From the NCBI GenBank assembly GCA_963798485.1, contig CAWCTR010000027.1, positions 1 to 20,053 of the forward strand: a DNA stretch of 20,053 nt, read 5' to 3'. Origin of the DNA: an uncultured delta proteobacterium (GTDB lineage: Bacteria; Desulfobacterota; Desulfomonilia; UBA1062). Each line of letters opens with the position of its first letter. Position 1 is the first letter of the stretch. Below the pieces are notes generated by a model. That model worked only from the letters and a program-made list of their open reading frames with translations. It searched no databases and was not told the origin of the DNA. Shown here in pieces: positions 16,306-20,053 of this stretch. The translations under genes and the position numbers were made by a program.

Positions 16306-16962
16306 TTACTTTGGGGCAGGCCCGGAGGATGTGCACGCCCTCGATATCAAACTGTCAATATCTTCACCAAGATCCGTATCGGGATATTGTTTTTTAATGG
16401 ACTGAAAGCGGGCGCATGCCGCCTTCGAGTTGCCCTTTTTCAGGTAAAACTTGCCGATGTACACATAATATTTGGCAAGGAGAGTTCTGGCTTCTTTCAG
16501 GCTGGCTTCGGCATCCTTTTCATAGGGGGATTTCGGATAAGTCTTCATGAATCCCTCAAAGCTCTGGATTGCCTTCATGGTCTCACTCTGGTCCCGGTCC
16601 AAGGTGCCCATCTGTTTATAATGGCACATCCCGATCCGGAAGAGACAATAGCCGGCATCGATATCAGTGGGATAGAGAAGGCGGAATTCCTCATAGTTCT
16701 TCAGGGCTAATTCATAATCCCCTTGGTTGTAATAGAGATCAGCGGTGCTAAAAATAGATTTCCGTGCAAGCTCATGGCCCGGATAATAGGTCCGAACCTG
16801 CATGAATGCCTCTGCAGCCTTGTCCACCTTGCCCTTTTTGGCGAGCAGGGAGGCTTCATCGAACAGTTCCTGGGCAGGCTTAATCTTCTCGGTCTCATGG
16901 GCGCAACTGAAAATGAGAGATGAAAACGCTAAGAATATAATGATGGAGAGCGCCGGCCTCAT
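16306..16962 (-). CDS. bamD: Outer membrane protein assembly factor BamD (TPR lipoprotein)
   Basis: Lipobox IFS-C, TPR repeats, YEEFRLLYP, DRDQSETMKAIQSF..YPKSPY, YIGKFYLKKG..AACARF..YPDT. Confidence 0.9.
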   Translation of the reverse strand: MRPALSIIIFLAFSSLIFSCAHETEKIKPAQELFDEASLLAKKGKVDKAAEAFMQVRTYYPGHELARKSIFSTADLYYNQGDYELALKNYEEFRLLYPTDIDAGYCLFRIGMCHYKQMGTLDRDQSETMKAIQSFEGFMKTYPKSPYEKDAEASLKEARTLLAKYYVYIGKFYLKKGNSKAACARFQSIKKQYPDTDLGEDIDSLISRACTSSGPAPK

Positions 16963-16996
16963 GCGCTAGGCACCTTAAGCCAAATCGTTAGGGGAA

Positions 16997-18217
16997 TCAA
17001 GGGTGGATTTCATAGATTGAACCGTCTTTGATAGTGAGGAGATAGATGGTCTTATCTAATGCGCCATCTGAAGAAAATGACGTAGTGCCGCTAACCCCGT
17101 GGTAATTTTTCAGAGATGCCAGGTAGTCCTTCAGGGCCTCGCGAGATGGCCTTTGAGATTGTTCAAAATCCTGGAGGATCTGTGCAGCGTCATAGGCGCA
17201 GGCCTCCCATACCGATGGGGTATAGTGAAAAGTGTTCGTGAATGAGCGGTTGAAATCCTGGGCGGCACTGAGTATGGTCCCATGGTAGTAGCCACTTAAG
17301 AATACTGCATTCTCGATATATCTTCCCCCTGCCTTGAGCAGATCAGGGGTATCCCACAGCGTTGGTCCGAAGAGGCGGATATTTTTGATATTAAGGTAGC
17401 TGATGTATGATGCGATCATGGCTGCATTCGCTGCAGTATCGGGAATGAGGATCGCCTCAATATCTCCCCCCTTACCCACGGATATATCCCCGGGCCGGCC
17501 TTTTGCAGGCGTTTTTTTGCCCCCAGAGAATAGGGTTTTCAACTGCCGTTTGAAGTCCACACTCTGAGGGGAATAGGTGATAGAATTCACGACGGTTATG
17601 CCGAAAGGGGGAGACAATCTCTGAAACTTCTCGGCAAAGGTCTTTCCGAAGCGATCATCCGGAATCATTACGGCAAACCGCGTGATGCCCATGGATCTTG
17701 CTGCGTTAAGGAGCGCCTTGGCCTGTAAATCAATAGTGAGGAAGTTCCTGTAGCAGTAAGTCCCGATCTTTAGAGGTATCTCAGCCTGGGTGAATATTAT
17801 TGCCGGCAGATGTCTTGCCTGAGCCTCCTTGCAAGCGATATCACCTGCGTGTTCCCCCACCGGCCCTAGAATTGCAACAACCTTTTGTGTGCGGTCAAGT
17901 TCATCAATGATAGAAGGGATGGAGTCCTCGTTATTGCCATAGTCCCTGATGATATATTCTATATTTTGCGCAGGGCCGTTGGAAAAGACCCCGCCTGCCG
18001 TCTCTATCCCCTTGAGTATCTTTTGGCCTACTGATTCCCATTTTCCACTTAAGGGGATGATAACACCAACGGCATTTCGAGGGGTTGATATAAAATTATT
18101 GTTCAATGGGTCCGGACGAGTTACAACAGAGTCAGATGCCACCATCGTTGAGGGGCCTGAAAGAATCAGGTATACGACAAATAATACCGGTAGGACTCTG
18201 GGGAATCGTGTTCTCAT
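16997..18217 (-). CDS. Penicillin-binding protein activator LpoA/LppC-like (type I periplasmic binding fold)
   Basis: VGVIIPLSG..GQKILKG, AILGP, DDRFGKTFAEKF, AILIPD, LFGPTLW, AYDAA, YHGVSGTTSF..G. The ATG at 18217 is preceded on the - strand by TTGACT-16-TATAGT (18258-18231). Upstream of bamD on the same strand. Confidence 0.8.
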   Translation of the reverse strand: MRTRFPRVLPVLFVVYLILSGPSTMVASDSVVTRPDPLNNNFISTPRNAVGVIIPLSGKWESVGQKILKGIETAGGVFSNGPAQNIEYIIRDYGNNEDSIPSIIDELDRTQKVVAILGPVGEHAGDIACKEAQARHLPAIIFTQAEIPLKIGTYCYRNFLTIDLQAKALLNAARSMGITRFAVMIPDDRFGKTFAEKFQRLSPPFGITVVNSITYSPQSVDFKRQLKTLFSGGKKTPAKGRPGDISVGKGGDIEAILIPDTAANAAMIASYISYLNIKNIRLFGPTLWDTPDLLKAGGRYIENAVFLSGYYHGTILSAAQDFNRSFTNTFHYTPSVWEACAYDAAQILQDFEQSQRPSREALKDYLASLKNYHGVSGTTSFSSDGALDKTIYLLTIKDGSIYEIHP

Positions 18218-18377
18218 AACGATCCTGGATACTATATGAAGACGTTGCGCCAAGTCAATGAGATGCAATCCCCTTACTGTGGGTATGCTTTCCTAAAGTT
18301 ATATTTTACTTGACAACTTCTTCGACACTCCATGAGAATAGAGTGTCAAAATACTAAACAAATCAAAGGAGACCCCT

Positions 18378-18662
18378 GTGGCCGATCTAGGGACACGGTA
18401 TAAATGCTATAAGTGCGGCACGAAGTTTTATGACTTAGGCAAACCACAGCCCATGTGCCCTTCGTGTGGTGAGGACCAGAATAACGAAGAGACAAAGCGG
18501 ATGCTCAAGCGAAAGAGGAAACGTTCGCTTGCAAAGGTGAAATCCGACATCAGGGCCTTGCCGGAAGAGACCGATATCCCCGTGGAAACCGATGAAAACG
18601 TGGAAGAGTATGTCCTCGACATGGAAGACATCGTCCTTGAGGAAAACGCGGATTCAGAGTAG
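18378..18662 (+). CDS. FYDLN acid-domain (TIGR02300-like) Zn-ribbon protein
   Basis: LGTRYKCYKCGTKFYDLGKPQPMCPSCG plus an acidic tail. SD AAGGAG before a GTG start. TTGACA at 18310-18315. Confidence 0.88.
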   Translation: MADLGTRYKCYKCGTKFYDLGKPQPMCPSCGEDQNNEETKRMLKRKRKRSLAKVKSDIRALPEETDIPVETDENVEEYVLDMEDIVLEENADSE

Positions 18663-18688
18663 CCGGAATAGATATAGATAGATAGAAT

Positions 18689-18713
18689 GTAGGGGCGGGT
18701 CTTGTACCCGCCC
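18689..18713. repeat. Single GTAG-type REP of a second family, between convergent genes
   Basis: GTAGGGGCGGGT-CTTGT-ACCCGCCC hairpin. Confidence 0.65.
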
Positions 18714-18720
18714 TTAAGGT

Positions 18721-19243
18721 TCACTGCTTCTGCAGCTCTTTTGTCACTGTTTGGGTGGTTTTCTGGATATATGGCTGCATCTGTTCAGGTATGAACCCTC
18801 TGATAACACCCATTGTCTTCTTGGAATAGGGCAGTACCTTCGAATTCACTAAAATTGCGGAGTTTTGAGGCAGTATCACCTGCAGGATGGTTATGGACAG
18901 GAGCACAATGAGAAGACCTTTCACAAGTCCAAGCGCCCCTCCGAGCGCCGTGTCGACTGCCGCCAATACAGAGGCATTGAGGATCTTCTGGACAAAATGC
19001 ATGAAGACCTTTATTATTATAAAGAAGAAAAAAAAGACCACAATGAAGCCCAGGACACCCCGGACATCTTCCACGTGCAGAATGGAAAGAAAATGAGTGA
19101 TATTCGGCGAGAACCTCTTTGCGAGGTAGAGCCCCCCGATAAGGGATACAAGGGATGATATACCCTTGATAAGGCCGTGGTAAACGCCCAGATCCTGTGA
19201 AGGCCACAATGACCGTGATGGTGAAGATGTCCAGTGCATTCAC
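18721..19243 (-). pseudogene. cvpA: CvpA (colicin V production) family membrane protein with a +1 frameshift near codon 17 (or a sequencing error)
   Basis: A GTG at 19243 overlaps the upstream stop and gives the typical start (M)NALDIFTITVIVAFTG. The conserved body LGVYHGLIKG...DTALGGALGLVKG...NSKVLP is in another frame. The span is 523 nt (3n+1). Confidence 0.75.
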
Positions 19244-19650
19244 GGTTTGGCCTTTGTTAGTTCGATCCACAACACATCTTTTAAGGCTATCTGGTATATC
19301 CCATAGGGCAACTTACCATAGATTTTCGAGATGCTGTTTGTCTTGAGATTGCACATGATGCCGGTGCCCTTTATGGACGCACATGCGGAGCCTTCCTTCA
19401 TCTCGATGCGGGTGATGGTATCAAAAGGTATCTCAACCCGGCCCCTGCCCATGTATACGTTGAATGTGGTCTTGCCGTCAAAAGTAGCTGATGTGATCGT
19501 TACCTCATTGTTTGAGGTGTCCTTGATCTTCGCATTAAAGGGTGACTCGGCCGCGCTTTGACCGGGTGAACCGGCGCTGCCCATCCCCATAAGAAAAATA
19601 CCAAGGACCATAAGTAATGCTGTGCGATAAAGATAACCTGTTCTGTTCAT
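19240..19650 (-). CDS. Hypothetical exported protein
   Basis: 136-aa ORF with SD AAGGAGG, an N-terminal hydrophobic segment ending MGMG, and a beta-rich body. Confidence 0.8.
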   Translation of the reverse strand: MNRTGYLYRTALLMVLGIFLMGMGSAGSPGQSAAESPFNAKIKDTSNNEVTITSATFDGKTTFNVYMGRGRVEIPFDTITRIEMKEGSACASIKGTGIMCNLKTNSISKIYGKLPYGIYQIALKDVLWIELTKAKP

Positions 19651-19666
19651 AGCTCATATACCTCCT

Positions 19667-19852
19667 TTACAACCCCTTTATTCGAAGTGCGCCGATGAGA
19701 TCAAATATCGGTGCCCTGCTGCCTTCGGGATAATGTATAATGAGAAGGCCCTGAATAGGGTCCTTTGTGCTGACAATACCCAAGCCGTCATAGCCTTGGA
19801 CGACATAGCTCACATAAAAGATATCCTTCCGATCAACCGTAAGGAAGACCAC
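19667..19852 (-). CDS. DUF4911-family small protein
   Basis: VDRKDIFYVSYVVQGYDGLGIVSTKDP fits the family pattern as I recall it. The true start may be the ATG at 19866 with a 1-nt deletion. Confidence 0.7.
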   Translation of the reverse strand: MVFLTVDRKDIFYVSYVVQGYDGLGIVSTKDPIQGLLIIHYPEGSRAPIFDLIGALRIKGL

Positions 19853-19955
19853 CGGAAATCAACCATGATTTTCGAATACCACAAGAGATACGCTTTTGAA
19901 ACAATTATCAAGGGCTATGGGTCCGACATATTGCCTTTGCCTTTCAATAAAATCC

Positions 19956-20017
19956 TTGACATCATCGAGTTTGAAATGATAGAAAAAATTGATCTGAATG
20001 AGTGAACAGCCATTCAG
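19956..20017 (+). promoter_or_regulatory. sigma70-like promoter plus palindromic TetR-type operator for a gene beyond the window
   Basis: TTGACA (19956-19961), 18 nt, TAGAAA with TG extension. Inverted repeat CTGAATG-N10-CATTCAG at 19994-20017. Confidence 0.5.
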
Positions 20018-20053
20018 TCAAGGGCTGTAGAGTAACCATTGCAGAGGCCACAT

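Noticed and set aside
19733-20005. 90-aa + strand ORF
   Set aside because: It overlaps the DUF4911 gene antisense and runs through an AT-rich promoter region, with no family features.
1-20053. CRISPR array, transposase/integrase, prophage or defence system
   Set aside because: No regularly spaced direct repeats and no ORF with Cas, DDE/HUH/tyrosine-recombinase, phage or defence motifs. The CPBP/Abi protein is a common membrane protease.
1-20053. Selenoprotein (in-frame TGA read-through) near selB
   Set aside because: No ORF appears interrupted by a TGA at a Cys-equivalent position. The TGA upstream of the DUF4911 gene is better explained by an indel.

Overview
A mostly chromosomal, housekeeping-plus-metabolic window, probably from a deltaproteobacterium (Desulfobacterota/Syntrophales-like). 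That placement is inferred from selB, DUF4911- and FYDLN-type genes and a CxxC..SHGLCPEC-tailed PAS protein. The left half (+ strand) has a 4-PAS histidine kinase without a receiver, two paralogous enoyl-CoA isomerase/hydratase genes, a YheT-type alpha/beta hydrolase, a PAS/Zn-ribbon protein, a patatin-like lipase and an FGGY kinase, which together suggest lipid breakdown. The centre has a 720-aa multi-domain surface lipoprotein (- strand) with a perfect sigma70 promoter, an upstream sigma54 promoter, a triple stop and a terminator. Divergent from it is a candidate GGA-repeat (Csr/Rsm-like) small RNA, followed by tRNA-Leu(CAA) and a lipoprotein. The right half has a CPBP protease divergent from selB, a sigma54-driven small ORF, bamD, an LpoA-like protein, a FYDLN protein, a frameshifted cvpA and two small conserved genes. 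GTAG-type REP/REPIN repeats occur three times. I saw no CRISPR array, transposase, integrase, phage or defence system. The most novel candidates are non-coding or very small: the GGA-repeat sRNA, the sigma54 small-protein unit and the dual-promoter surface lipoprotein. Family assignments come from motif recognition, not database searches.
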